Positions 29,785 through 39,558 of a stretch of DNA of 64,000 bases are shown here, in pieces; position 1 is the stretch's first letter; each line of letters opens with the position of its first letter. The DNA is from Spirochaetota bacterium (lineage in GTDB: Bacteria; Spirochaetota; Leptospiria; Turneriellales; Turneriellaceae). The stretch lies in assembly GCA_049323535.1 (NCBI GenBank), contig JBMOPL010000006.1:31614-95613 (forward strand), in the 5' to 3' direction. The notes beneath the pieces are model-generated. The model was not told where the DNA came from. It did no database searches and saw nothing but the letters and a program-made list of their open reading frames with translations. A program made the translations under genes and the position numbers.

Positions 29785-30555
29785 TCATTGGCTGTGCCAC
29801 ATGGCAGCAATCCATGCTGCCAGCAGCGAAGCGATCATGCCGAGAACGACGAACGGCAGGTATGACTCATAAAGGTTCCAGGTATTTTCGCTTTGTTTCG
29901 ACGCCATCTCACCGAAGGCACTCGAAACATAGAGCGTGCGGATTTCGCCCGTGACCTGCCAGGTGCATGCAGCGGCGTAGATGATCAACATCCATACGCT
30001 TGGTTCACTCTGCCATTCGTGTACGAACGGCCGGTGCAGTAACAAGGCGAACGAAAACAGCGCGATTGTACAGAACAGCAGAAAGACAGTGTACCATTGC
30101 GGCAGGCCCTCGAGAAATCGCCTCTGCAAAGTCGGCACGATCGCTACCAGTGTTGTGGCCGCGAAGAAGAGTGCCTGCGCCAAAAGCGCAGCCCACGCGG
30201 TGGAGTAGGCTGCAAAATACAGATTGAAATCACCCAGGTTGGCGCTACTAAGACCATTGGCATAGAGGCCGCCCGTGGTCACCACCGCACCCAGCAAGGT
30301 CTCGGGAAAAGCGAACTGGCTCAGCACCATATAGAGCATTCCCCACAAGACTGCCCCCGCGACGAGAAAGCCGATGCCCAGTGCACCGAGTGGTACCGTT
30401 TCCCTGTGCGACTGGACGTACAGGATGCAGCAGGGTAAAATGACGAAAGAAAACAGCATGTGGCTGCTGCGCAGGCAGACGTAGAGCAGGCGCAACGGGG
30501 CAGGCAAGTCAGGCGCGAACATCTTGCGTCGCTGTGGTTTGTCGATTTTAGCCAA
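29785..30555 (-). CDS. Hypothetical integral membrane protein
   Basis: About 7 hydrophobic segments. Confidence 0.55.
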   Translation of the reverse strand: MAKIDKPQRRKMFAPDLPAPLRLLYVCLRSSHMLFSFVILPCCILYVQSHRETVPLGALGIGFLVAGAVLWGMLYMVLSQFAFPETLLGAVVTTGGLYANGLSSANLGDFNLYFAAYSTAWAALLAQALFFAATTLVAIVPTLQRRFLEGLPQWYTVFLLFCTIALFSFALLLHRPFVHEWQSEPSVWMLIIYAAACTWQVTGEIRTLYVSSAFGEMASKQSENTWNLYESYLPFVVLGMIASLLAAWIAAMWHSQ

Positions 30556-30786
30556 ACGCTCCTCTTAAACCACGCAGCGCCTGGTAGCCCGCCGGTAAAT
30601 AGCTATGGAATTCCATATCAGGGGGAGCGTCAAGCCTTCTGGAGGCAGTTAGTCGTTGGAATGGAGCTCCCCAGAGTGCATATTTCAGGCTCCCAAGGAA
30701 AATGTGACATAACACCTCTAGCTCCCACGCAGAACCAGGATACCTCCGGAAAAAAAATTTTGCCACATCAGAAAAATTAGATTATA

Positions 30787-30813
30787 TTAGCACTGTGATT
30801 GATAGAGTGCTAT
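30787..30813 (+). promoter_or_regulatory. CIRCE element (HrcA operator)
   Basis: TTAGCACTG-N9-GAGTGCTAT versus consensus TTAGCACTC-N9-GAGTGCTAA, 60 nt upstream of the hsp20 pair. Confidence 0.85.
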
Positions 30814-30873
30814 CACTCACAAATACAGAGCGCCGTACAATGCGGACGCAAAGCTAATAACCCAGGAGGGAAT

Positions 30874-31287
30874 ATGTTAGTTAGAAGCAACACACTTTGG
30901 AACGACCTCGCGGAGGTTCAGAACGAATTTGACCGTCTCTTCCGCTGGGGTTTTGGAGACGGGGTCAGCAACCACTACCCGCCGGTGAACATCGCCGAGA
31001 ACGACGATGCCTATACCGTGCAGGCGCGCGTGCCGGGCCTTGCAAAAGAAGATATTACGATCGAGCTCGAAGGCCGCCAGCTGAAGATCAGCGGTCAGCA
31101 CAAGCGTGTCGAGGCAGAATATGCCCGTGAGGAACGTGCAACCGGCCGTTTCGAACGCGCTTTCACCTTTCGCCACGAAGTTCAGGCCGACAGGATCGAA
31201 GCTACAGTAAAAGACGGAATTCTCACCGTGACGCTGCCTAAGGCCGAAGAGGCCAAGCCGCGCAAGATCGAAATCGTCACGAAGTAA
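30874..31287 (+). CDS. Small heat-shock protein Hsp20
   Basis: GGAGG SD; YPPVNI.E, PGLAKEDI, RFER.F, KDGIL.VTLPK. Confidence 0.93.
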   Translation: MLVRSNTLWNDLAEVQNEFDRLFRWGFGDGVSNHYPPVNIAENDDAYTVQARVPGLAKEDITIELEGRQLKISGQHKRVEAEYAREERATGRFERAFTFRHEVQADRIEATVKDGILTVTLPKAEEAKPRKIEIVTK

Positions 31288-31298
31288 TGGAGGGCAAT

Positions 31299-31688
31299 AT
31301 GTTCGGATTAGCAAAGAAAAACCAGGAAACTGCGCAGGTCGAAAAGAATGCCGCAGCAGCTGATGTGACCTATGTCCCGGCTGTCGACATTACCGAGGGT
31401 GAAGCGGGTTACACCATCTTCGCCGATGTACCGGGTGCCAACAAAGACAGCGTGAGCGTCACCTTCGAAGACGGCGTCGTGACCCTGAAGGCACAATCGG
31501 CAGCCGAAGCGGTCAGCTCAGACCTGATTCGCCGCGAGTTCCGCTTCGCCAACTATGAGCGTGCGTTCCGCGTCAGCGACGATGTCGATGCTGACAAGAT
31601 CTCTGCGGAGATCGCGAATGGTGTACTGCAGGTAACCCTGCCGCGCAAGGCCAGCGCGAAAAAGATGATCCCTGTTTCTGTGAAGTAA
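31299..31688 (+). CDS. Small heat-shock protein Hsp20 (second gene)
   Basis: GGAGGG SD; PAVDI.E, ADVPG, YERAF, NGVLQVTLP. Confidence 0.93.
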   Translation: MFGLAKKNQETAQVEKNAAAADVTYVPAVDITEGEAGYTIFADVPGANKDSVSVTFEDGVVTLKAQSAAEAVSSDLIRREFRFANYERAFRVSDDVDADKISAEIANGVLQVTLPRKASAKKMIPVSVK

Positions 31689-31694
31689 AAAGAA

Positions 31695-31729
31695 TCAATC
31701 AGATGCGCCCGAAAGGCGCATCTGATTGA
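31695..31729 (+). terminator. Long hairpin after the hsp20 pair (probable terminator)
   Basis: TCAATCAGATGCGCC-CGAAA-GGCGCATCTGATTGA, 15-bp stem. Confidence 0.7.
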
Positions 31730-31782
31730 ACTTCTCCAATTTCCCTTTTCGCACTCTCCATTCTTTATAATCTGACGAACAG

Positions 31783-32355
31783 ATGAATACAACTTCAATT
31801 CGCCTTGTGGTACTTACGCTATTGGCTTTTGCCTCTGCCTGCAGCAGCTTCGAACGCTATCCAACTGATAAAACCCGCTTTACCTTTAAGGGCAAAGGTG
31901 TGCTTGTCGCAGCACAAGATCGCGCCACGGGAATTCCCAAGGTCGAAAGTCTGTTCCGCAGCGCTGCGGGCGATGCAGCCGGTTCGATTCATGTACTGCC
32001 TCTGATGCCCGCCTCGGCGTTTGAACTACCGGTCAATGCAGCCAGAATCGGTCTGCAGAAAAAAGGTACGCAAGGGCTCGACCCGATGGCGCAGGTTGCT
32101 GTCAACGCGCTGCTGAAGGATGGCAGGCGATTTGGCGTGAAGTTCGACTACATCATCTTCGTCACCGCTGAAAAAGCCAACATCATGGGACAGGTGATCA
32201 ACGTCGAATACTACGCTGCACTCTACGAAATTTCTACCAAGCGCGTTCTTGCCGCGGCGCGCGATACCGGCACCACCACGCCCGAAACCGCAGCAGAGCA
32301 AATGCCGCTCGGCGCGCGGCGTGTGGTATCGATACTCCTGTACGGAGATTTTTGA
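31783..32355 (+). CDS. Hypothetical lipoprotein
   Basis: Lipobox ASAC. Confidence 0.55.
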   Translation: MNTTSIRLVVLTLLAFASACSSFERYPTDKTRFTFKGKGVLVAAQDRATGIPKVESLFRSAAGDAAGSIHVLPLMPASAFELPVNAARIGLQKKGTQGLDPMAQVAVNALLKDGRRFGVKFDYIIFVTAEKANIMGQVINVEYYAALYEISTKRVLAAARDTGTTTPETAAEQMPLGARRVVSILLYGDF

Positions 32356-32376
32356 CAGAGCGTTGAAAGCGCTTTG

Positions 32377-33315
32377 TCAAAAATTCAAGGGGTAGCGCAG
32401 ACCGATGTGCGCGCTGACACTCCAGGGCACAAGGTGTAGCGGTGCGGAGCTCACCACTGTGCCATCGGGCGCTGTCTGCGTGGCAATTTTTGCATCCACC
32501 GCCGAACTGAGGCCGTGGTCGTAGCGCAGCATGAACAGACCTTCGAGATCGCGGTATACCTGCGCAATCACGCCCAAAGCAACATAAAAACCGAGGTAGC
32601 CGCCGGTTGATGCCCGCGCATCGGTGAAGGTGGTAGCGCGGCTGCCACCATCTATCGTCACCGCAGAAGATCCCACCTGGAATGTCTGTAGAAGGCCTGC
32701 CTCGACGAACAGCCAGTCTTCGCGAATGCGGTAGCCGAGACGCCCGTCGATAAACTGCATCGGCCAGATGGCAACGCCGTAGAGGCCATCCATTGTCACA
32801 CCGTTGGCGGTCATGTCGCGCTGGCTGTAGCCGAGTGAGGCAGTCACAAACGAACTGCCATCAAGGTTGTAGAGGCCCGTCAGGTTGAACTCAGTCAGCA
32901 TGCGGTAGTCGTGCTTCACGCCGAGTGGGTAGGTACTAAACCATGCGGTGGAGCTCATGAGGCCCAAACCAAATGTCGCTTCAATTTCCCAATCGGCCCG
33001 CCGCTGCGGCGTGAGGTTGAGTTTCGCCGGTTCGCCTGCTTTCTCAGGCGATGTGTCATTCACAACAATCGAGGGGTGTGACCAGATCAGTCTGCCCTCA
33101 TCGTCGTGAATGGTGAGAATTTTTTCCTTGTTCAGGCTTTTTGTGCTGCCGGTTTCGAGGCGCACTGTGACTTCAGTTTCTTCAAGCCGCACAATCTGGC
33201 CCCGCACCTGACCCTCTTCGGTGACAACCAGCGCGGCGTGAGCAGGGGAAGCAAGCAGGGCTAATAACAGAAGTGTCAGCACCGCCCGCACCAGAGCTTC
33301 CTCGGCTTTGTGCAC
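32377..33315 (-). CDS. Hypothetical outer-membrane beta-barrel protein
   Basis: Signal peptide, small N-terminal beta domain, amphipathic strands, C-terminal GLRYPLNF. Confidence 0.55.
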   Translation of the reverse strand: MHKAEEALVRAVLTLLLLALLASPAHAALVVTEEGQVRGQIVRLEETEVTVRLETGSTKSLNKEKILTIHDDEGRLIWSHPSIVVNDTSPEKAGEPAKLNLTPQRRADWEIEATFGLGLMSSTAWFSTYPLGVKHDYRMLTEFNLTGLYNLDGSSFVTASLGYSQRDMTANGVTMDGLYGVAIWPMQFIDGRLGYRIREDWLFVEAGLLQTFQVGSSAVTIDGGSRATTFTDARASTGGYLGFYVALGVIAQVYRDLEGLFMLRYDHGLSSAVDAKIATQTAPDGTVVSSAPLHLVPWSVSAHIGLRYPLNF

Positions 33316-33423
33316 AGCCTGTCAATTATGTCACACGCCGGCGTGCCGGGTTTGTGGCTGCTGGCCCGCGCTCTGGAAAAAAGGGTGTAATTTTCTTTGC
33401 AGCCTGTCGTCTGTAGGAGTATC

Positions 33424-33843
33424 ATGCAGACAGAACGAATGCGCGCGGTCATGAAATACCTTTTACCCCGCAAGCTGGCAGCACTGCTGGCATTACCGCT
33501 CGCGCTCGCGGCTGCACCGCTCTGTGAAGCCTGCCCGGTAAATTCTGGCATGGCCACCAAGGCACCTGCGACCAGCCATAGCGCAGAACATGCCTGTTGC
33601 GAAAAAAAAACACAGGTCAGGCAGGCGTATACCGCCGATCACTGCGACAGCTGCGTTGCTAGACCGGTGAGCGCAAACGCGGCGTCCGAATTCAAAGCAG
33701 ATTTGCAGCTTGCACCGGCTTCTGCACCGGTGCTGGCAACCGTAACGCCGGTCGCTCTGGCAGCGGCGCCGCAGCCCACCGCTCTTAATCCCAGTCATTC
33801 TCCACCAGCCGTCTATCTATTGCAGCAAAAGATTCTCCTCTAG
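33424..33843 (+). CDS. Cys/His-rich exported protein preceding the cus operon (DUF2946-like)
   Basis: AGGAG SD; CEAC, HACC, HCDSC; Pro-rich tail ending YLLQQKILL. Confidence 0.55.
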   Translation: MQTERMRAVMKYLLPRKLAALLALPLALAAAPLCEACPVNSGMATKAPATSHSAEHACCEKKTQVRQAYTADHCDSCVARPVSANAASEFKADLQLAPASAPVLATVTPVALAAAPQPTALNPSHSPPAVYLLQQKILL

Positions 33844-33904
33844 AGCAGGCCCGGCAGGGGCTTTAATGGGGTGTGGCCTGGGCCATACCTGTCCCTTCGC
33901 CCAC

Positions 33905-33928
33905 GTTATTCCCGCGCAAACGGGAATC
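33905..33928. repeat. dRS3/REP-like palindrome ATTCCC-N8-GGGAAT
   Basis: GTTATTCCCGCGCAAACGGGAATC in the intergenic region before the TolC gene; single copy in window. Confidence 0.45.
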
Positions 33929-33953
33929 GTAGCCTTGTCTTATGGAGGATCTT

Positions 33954-35210
33954 ATGCGTTACTTTTTTTATGCCCTGTTGCTGACATCACCCGCTCTCTC
34001 TCAAGAGACGGATTACTATCTTAATCTGGCGCTGCAGAACAATGCGAAGCTGGCGGCCGACCGGCAGCTGGATTCTGCCGCACAGAGCGATCATGCGCGC
34101 GAGAGCATATTTCTCGAAAACCCGGAGTTCATGGTGGGGCTCATGAATGTGCCGGTGAATACCTTTCCCGCGCTGAACCGCGACAGCATGTCAAACTTCA
34201 GCGTCGGTCTCACGCAGCGCATCGCGCTTCCCTGGGAGGCACACTACCGCAAAGCTGCCGCAGAGTTGCGCGCTGCCACGAGCGGAATAAATCTCGAATT
34301 ACAGCAGGCCGCACTGCGCTACGAGGTGCTGGAGAAGCTAAATGCGATACGTTTCTATGTCGAGCGCGGGAAAAATCTTAACGACGCCAGGAAACTGATC
34401 ACCGCGACGATGCGCATACTCGCCGTTCCGCGCAAAGAAGCCCGCAACACCGCCGGTGCAATTCTCGAGGCGCGTGCGGCGCTCGCGACGGCAGAGAACG
34501 ATCTATTGAATAACGAGTACGAGCTAGAGAAAGCCTGGCTTGAACTGGAAGCCCTCTGCGGAACAAAGTTCAACCGCGCCGAAGCCAGTGGTATACTGGC
34601 AACATGGGATAAGCTCTCGGTGAAGAACGACGAGCCGGCGCCAGACCTCAAAAGAAGTCTCATCTACCGCAAGGCAGAGAGTGAAGTGCGCGCACAGCAG
34701 GCGATGCTGTCGCTGTCGCGCTCGGCGCTTTTTCCCGAAGTGAAGGTATCGGCCGCTTACATGTTCAGGCAGACCGTGCCGGGTAGCAGCATGGCTGAAG
34801 ACATGGTTGCGGTTTCGGCTTCAACTCCGTTGCCGGTCTTTTATCCGCTTAAGAACAAACACGAAGTCGAAGGCCAGGAAAGACGCCTGCAGGCTGCCGA
34901 ACGCATGCTCGCCGACACCGAGCGCCAGCTCGGGGCGCAGGTGGCCGCAGAAACCGCGCGGCTGAAAACACTGCTTGCTTCAGCCGAAAATTATGCACGG
35001 GCAATCCTGCCGGCGCACAGCTCGGCACACCGCTCGCACCTCGCTAACATTAACCTAATGGGCGGCAGCGCCGCCGAAGCGCTGATCGCTTACCGCATGT
35101 ACCTCACTGCGGGTGAAGAGAGACTGCGGCAAATACGCGACGCTCACTCGGCGCTCTTCAAACTCGAATACCTGCGCGCGCAGGGAACAGACAAAGGGGA
35201 ATCAAAATGA
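33954..35210 (+). CDS. TolC/CusC-family outer-membrane factor
   Basis: GGAGG SD; LALQNNAKL, ENPEFMVG, coiled-coil repeats; first gene of an RND tripartite operon. Confidence 0.8.
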   Translation: MRYFFYALLLTSPALSQETDYYLNLALQNNAKLAADRQLDSAAQSDHARESIFLENPEFMVGLMNVPVNTFPALNRDSMSNFSVGLTQRIALPWEAHYRKAAAELRAATSGINLELQQAALRYEVLEKLNAIRFYVERGKNLNDARKLITATMRILAVPRKEARNTAGAILEARAALATAENDLLNNEYELEKAWLELEALCGTKFNRAEASGILATWDKLSVKNDEPAPDLKRSLIYRKAESEVRAQQAMLSLSRSALFPEVKVSAAYMFRQTVPGSSMAEDMVAVSASTPLPVFYPLKNKHEVEGQERRLQAAERMLADTERQLGAQVAAETARLKTLLASAENYARAILPAHSSAHRSHLANINLMGGSAAEALIAYRMYLTAGEERLRQIRDAHSALFKLEYLRAQGTDKGESK

Positions 35211-36268
35211 AAAATCTACATCGCTCATTGCCGGTCTTGCGTACCTTGCTGCTGGCCCTCGTTGTCGCAATTATCGCCGACTGCGCGAAGAAGAAAGAAC
35301 CGGAAGTCTGGTACTGCCCCATGCACACGCACTACCGTACCGACCACGCGGGCAATTGCCCGATCTGCGGCATGGCCCTGGTAAAAGAAGAAGCTCCCAC
35401 CAAAGTTACCGATACCCACTCACCGGAACAGCATAAGGAAAAAGAAGAAGCAAAGGCAGCACCGGCGGCGACCATCACCGTAACGCCTGAACAGCAAAAG
35501 CTCGTGGGCATAACCACGGCAAAACCGAAGGAGCGCAAGCTATCACTTTCGCTGCAGCTCGCCGGGCAGGTGGCTTACGAACCTGACATTTACGCAGCCA
35601 TTATCGAGTACCGCCAGCTCGCTGCGGCAGCGCACACGCTGGAAGGGTCAGTGGGCGGCAGTGCGAACCTGACGCAAAGCGCAGTGCTACGCCTGCGGCA
35701 GCTCGGTGTCAGCAGCGACGAGATACAGCAGTATGCGCGGTCAGAGACGGCGGCCTCGAGACTGATCACCGGTCATGGTGGTGGTAAAGCACTGATTACG
35801 CTCCGGCTTTCTGAAGCCGACCTTTCGTTTATGCGCAAGGGTATGGCTGTCAAAATTACGGCGCCGGCGTATCCTGGAAAAACCTGGAACGGGCAGGTCA
35901 CAGCGATTGGCAGCCTGGTCGACGCGAAGAACCGCAGCCTTTCGGCGCGCGTGCTCGTTTCTGATTCTGGCCAACTCACGTCGCAGATGGCCGTCACTGC
36001 CGAAATTGCGATTCGTGCCGGCAATGGTGTCAGCATAGAACGCTCTGCGGTGCTCGACACGGGCGCGCGCCAGGTCGTCTTCGTGAAGGTCTCTGCCACC
36101 GAGTTCGAGCCGCGCGCCGTACGGGTGCTCGGCGGCAACGAAGAGTACGCACTGGTTTCGGGCATCACGGCTAAAGACGACGTCGCTGTCTCTTCCGCAT
36201 TTTTGCTCGATTCCGAAGCGAAGCTGCGTTTGGGTGATTCGGTTACAGGGTCACACCAGGGGCACTGA
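35207..36268 (+). CDS. cusB: CusB-type membrane fusion protein with heavy-metal-binding domain
   Basis: WYCPMH..GNCPICGM domain, VLDTGARQVVFV, AFLLDSE. Confidence 0.85.
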   Translation: MKNLHRSLPVLRTLLLALVVAIIADCAKKKEPEVWYCPMHTHYRTDHAGNCPICGMALVKEEAPTKVTDTHSPEQHKEKEEAKAAPAATITVTPEQQKLVGITTAKPKERKLSLSLQLAGQVAYEPDIYAAIIEYRQLAAAAHTLEGSVGGSANLTQSAVLRLRQLGVSSDEIQQYARSETAASRLITGHGGGKALITLRLSEADLSFMRKGMAVKITAPAYPGKTWNGQVTAIGSLVDAKNRSLSARVLVSDSGQLTSQMAVTAEIAIRAGNGVSIERSAVLDTGARQVVFVKVSATEFEPRAVRVLGGNEEYALVSGITAKDDVAVSSAFLLDSEAKLRLGDSVTGSHQGH

Positions 36269-39200
36269 TGATTCGCCGAATTATCACCTTCTCGGCTGAG
36301 AACCGCGCGCTGACGCTGTTTCTCACTCTCGTGGTCACGCTTGGCGCGTGGTATGCAACGAAGACAATCCGCCTCGATGCGCTGCCCGATCTGTCAGATA
36401 CGCAGGTAATCGTCTACACGCGCTGGGACAGAAGTCCCGACGTCGTCGAAGCGCAGGTGACGACGCCGATCGTGCGTGCGCTGATGGGAGCGCCTAAAGT
36501 GAAGACGATACGCGCCGTGACCGACTATGGCACGTCGTTTGTCTACGTCATCTTCGACGATGCGACTGACCTCTATTGGGCGCGCTCGCGCATCAGCGAA
36601 TACATGGACCGCATTCGCACGCTGATTCCTGCCGATGCGCGGCTTGAGCTGGGTCCCGATGCGACAGGACTGGGTTGGGTTTACCAGTACGTGCTGCGCG
36701 ACAAGACAGGCAAGAACGACCTCGAGCGCCTGCGTTCGCTGCAGGATTTCACCATCAAGTACCAGCTGCTTTCGGTGCAGGGTGTCGCCGAGGTCGCGAG
36801 TGTCGGTGGTTTCCAGAAGCAGTACCAGATCACCCTCGACCCGGTACGGCTGCGCGCATCGGGAATTTCCCTTAACCAGGTAATCGACAAAGTGCGCGGC
36901 AGTAATTCGCAGGCGGGCGCCCGCCTCCTGGAAATCGGCGGTGCCGAGTACATGGTGCGCAGCCAGGGTTACCTGAAGAATAAGTCCGAAATGGAACAGA
37001 TTGGCGTCGGTACTGACGATGCCGGCAACGCCATCACGCTGCGCTCGCTGGCCACGGTTACTGAAGCACCCGCGTTGCGCCGCGGTGTGACAGATTTCAT
37101 GGGCGAAGGTGATGCAGTCTCGGGTGTCGTGGTCATGCGGCAGGGAGGGAACGCGTATGACGTGATCGGCCGCGTGAAGCAGAAAGTCGAAGAGATGCGG
37201 AAATTTCTGCCCGAGGGCATTGAACTTATTCCCGTCTACGACCGTTCGGAGCTTATCGAGCACAGTATCTCTAACCTGAAAACCAAGCTGGTGGTCGAAA
37301 TGCTCATTGTAGCGCTGGTGATACTCATTTTTCTCAACCATTTTCCTTCGGCGATCGTACCCATTCTGACGATACCCATTGCCGTGCTTGTTTCTTTTAT
37401 TCCGCTGAACTTGTTCGGCGTCAGCTCGAACATCATGTCGCTTGCGGGCATAGCGATTTCGATCGGCGTGCTGGTCGACGGTGCCATCGTCGAAGTAGAG
37501 AACGCCTACAAAAAACTCGAAGAGTGGCAGCGCAATGGCATGAAAGAGGATTACCACAAGATACGCCTCGAAGCACTGCTCGAAGTTGGTCCCTCCGTAT
37601 TTTTCTCGCTGCTCGTCGTTGCGGTAGCTTTCTTACCGATCTTTACTCTCGTCGACCAGGAGGGCAGACTCTTCAAACCGCTCGCCTACTCGAAGAACCT
37701 GGCAATGGCAGTTGCGGCGCTGCTGGCGATCACAGTAGATCCAGCGATGCGCATGCTTTTTTCGCGTCCGCCAACCCCACCCCCGGCCCCTCCCCTATTA
37801 GGGGAGGGGGGCCCGAAGGGGGGGAGGGGGCTCGTACCGAAGGCTCTGCACGGAATCGGCTCGCGGATCACGCATACCATTTTGGTAGGAAAATACCACC
37901 GCGAAGAAGACCATCCGATCAGCCGGCGCCTCATTGCGCTCTATGGACCGGTCTGTCGCTACACGCTGGAGCACCCGAAGCGCATCATTGGTGGTGCCGT
38001 GGTGCTGATGCTCTCGATGGTTCCGCTCTACCTGCACCTCGGGCATGAATTTTTTCCTGCGCTGTATGAAGAATCTCTGCTCTATATGCCTGTCACTGCA
38101 CCTGGCATAGCTCCCACTGAAGCTGCGCGACTTTTGAAACTGACTGACCAGATCATCGCTTCGCACCCGGAGGTGGAGCGCGTGTTTGGCAAAGCCGGTC
38201 GCGCCGATTCGGCGACTGACCCCGCACCGCTTTCGATGTTTGAAACCAACATCATGCTCAAACCCCGCTCGCAGTGGACCGTCAAAACCAAAGAGGAGCT
38301 TATTGTGAAACTCGATGCATCGCTGAAGATTCCCGGTCTTACGAATGCATTCACGATGCCTATTCGTGCGCGCGTCGATATGCTCTCGACCGGAATGCGC
38401 ACGCCGCTGGGCCTGAAGATCCAGGGGCGCAGCATCGCAGACATCGACAGAGTTGCGGTGAAAGCAGAACAGGCGCTGAAGAACCTGCCCGGTGTGCGCA
38501 GCGTCGTGGCAGAGCGCACGGCCACGGGCTACTACGTTGATATTGAACCGCGGCGGCTCGATGTCGCGCGCTATGGTCTGTCGATCGACGACGTGCAGCT
38601 GTTTGTGCGCACGGCGCTCGGCGGCGAAGAGATCACGCAAACGATTGAAGGTGTGCACCGCTATGGCGTCATTGTCCGCTACCCGGCGACATGGCGCAAT
38701 TCTGTCGAAGCCCTGCGCCGTTCTCCGCTCAGCATTCCCGGTGGGGGTCAGGTGCCGCTGAGCGCCATCGCCGATGTTTCGCTCAAAACCGAACCGGGTA
38801 TGATTCGCAATGAAAACGGCTTTCTCACCAGCTACGTCTTCATCGATACCAGCAGCGCCGACATCGCCGGTGTTGCCGGGCGCATTGAGAGCGAACTGGC
38901 AAAGCTGCAGCCGCTGCCAGAGGGCGTAGCGATCGCTCTCAGCGGGCAGTACGAAAATATCATTCGCGTGCGCGATCGCCTGCTGGTGGTGGTTCCGATC
39001 ACCCTGATGCTGATCGTCTTCTTGCTCTATGCAAACACCCGCTCGTGGCCCAAAACCGCGATCGTGCTGCTCGCGGTCCCCTTTTCCATGCTCGGCGCGC
39101 TGCTCTTGCTTACGGCGATGGGCATACAGATTTCGATTGCCGTCTGGGTGGGATTAATCGCGCTCATGGGCCTCGATGCCGAGACGGGAGTTTTTATGCT

Positions 39201-39495
39201 GATGTACCTCGATCTCGAGTATGAAGCGAGAAAGAAAAAAATCCACAACGAGCGCGATCTGAAAGAGGCGGTGTATGCCGGGGCGGTGCACCGGCTGCGG
39301 CCGAAGATGATGACGGTGATGGCGGCCTTCTGTGGCCTGTTGCCCATCATGTTTTCGACGGCCACAGGCTCAGACGTAATGAAGGCGATCGCGGCACCGC
39401 TGGTGGGCGGCTTATTCACCAGTTTTATACTCGAGCTCGTGATCTACCCGCCGGTCTACTTTCTCTGGAAAAAGCGGAAGATGGGTGGGGTGTGA
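36268..39495 (+). CDS. cusA: CusA/SilA heavy-metal RND permease (Cu+/Ag+ type)
   Basis: LDALPDLSDTQVIV, GPDATGLGWVY, NIMSLAGIAISIGVLVDG, GAVHRLRPKMMT. Confidence 0.93.
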   Translation: MIRRIITFSAENRALTLFLTLVVTLGAWYATKTIRLDALPDLSDTQVIVYTRWDRSPDVVEAQVTTPIVRALMGAPKVKTIRAVTDYGTSFVYVIFDDATDLYWARSRISEYMDRIRTLIPADARLELGPDATGLGWVYQYVLRDKTGKNDLERLRSLQDFTIKYQLLSVQGVAEVASVGGFQKQYQITLDPVRLRASGISLNQVIDKVRGSNSQAGARLLEIGGAEYMVRSQGYLKNKSEMEQIGVGTDDAGNAITLRSLATVTEAPALRRGVTDFMGEGDAVSGVVVMRQGGNAYDVIGRVKQKVEEMRKFLPEGIELIPVYDRSELIEHSISNLKTKLVVEMLIVALVILIFLNHFPSAIVPILTIPIAVLVSFIPLNLFGVSSNIMSLAGIAISIGVLVDGAIVEVENAYKKLEEWQRNGMKEDYHKIRLEALLEVGPSVFFSLLVVAVAFLPIFTLVDQEGRLFKPLAYSKNLAMAVAALLAITVDPAMRMLFSRPPTPPPAPPLLGEGGPKGGRGLVPKALHGIGSRITHTILVGKYHREEDHPISRRLIALYGPVCRYTLEHPKRIIGGAVVLMLSMVPLYLHLGHEFFPALYEESLLYMPVTAPGIAPTEAARLLKLTDQIIASHPEVERVFGKAGRADSATDPAPLSMFETNIMLKPRSQWTVKTKEELIVKLDASLKIPGLTNAFTMPIRARVDMLSTGMRTPLGLKIQGRSIADIDRVAVKAEQALKNLPGVRSVVAERTATGYYVDIEPRRLDVARYGLSIDDVQLFVRTALGGEEITQTIEGVHRYGVIVRYPATWRNSVEALRRSPLSIPGGGQVPLSAIADVSLKTEPGMIRNENGFLTSYVFIDTSSADIAGVAGRIESELAKLQPLPEGVAIALSGQYENIIRVRDRLLVVVPITLMLIVFLLYANTRSWPKTAIVLLAVPFSMLGALLLLTAMGIQISIAVWVGLIALMGLDAETGVFMLMYLDLEYEARKKKIHNERDLKEAVYAGAVHRLRPKMMTVMAAFCGLLPIMFSTATGSDVMKAIAAPLVGGLFTSFILELVIYPPVYFLWKKRKMGGV
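37773..37830. repeat. GC-rich palindromic element inserted in frame in cusA
   Basis: AACCCCACCCCCGGCCCCTCCCCTATTAGGGGAGGGG; ~3 differences from 51211-51246; translated as PTPPPAPPLLGEGGPKGGRG. Confidence 0.75.
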
Positions 39496-39530
39496 AAGTG
39501 TTTGGGTTACGATAAATAGTGGACCGCCTG

Positions 39531-39558
39531 CCACATGTACAATAAATTGTACATGTGG
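39531..39558. promoter_or_regulatory. YefM-YoeB autoregulatory operator
   Basis: CCACATGTACAAT-AA-ATTGTACATGTGG perfect 13-bp inverted repeat; two TGTACA cores 12 bp apart as in E. coli yefM-yoeB. Confidence 0.85.

Noticed and set aside
30814-30873. ROSE RNA thermometer before hsp20
   Set aside because: No U(U/C)GCU anti-SD hairpin; CIRCE already explains heat control
36394-38658. Long minus-strand ORFs (387 and 286 aa) and similar ORFs at 19617-20708 and 54795-55667
   Set aside because: Antisense shadows of strongly supported genes, expected from high-GC codon bias
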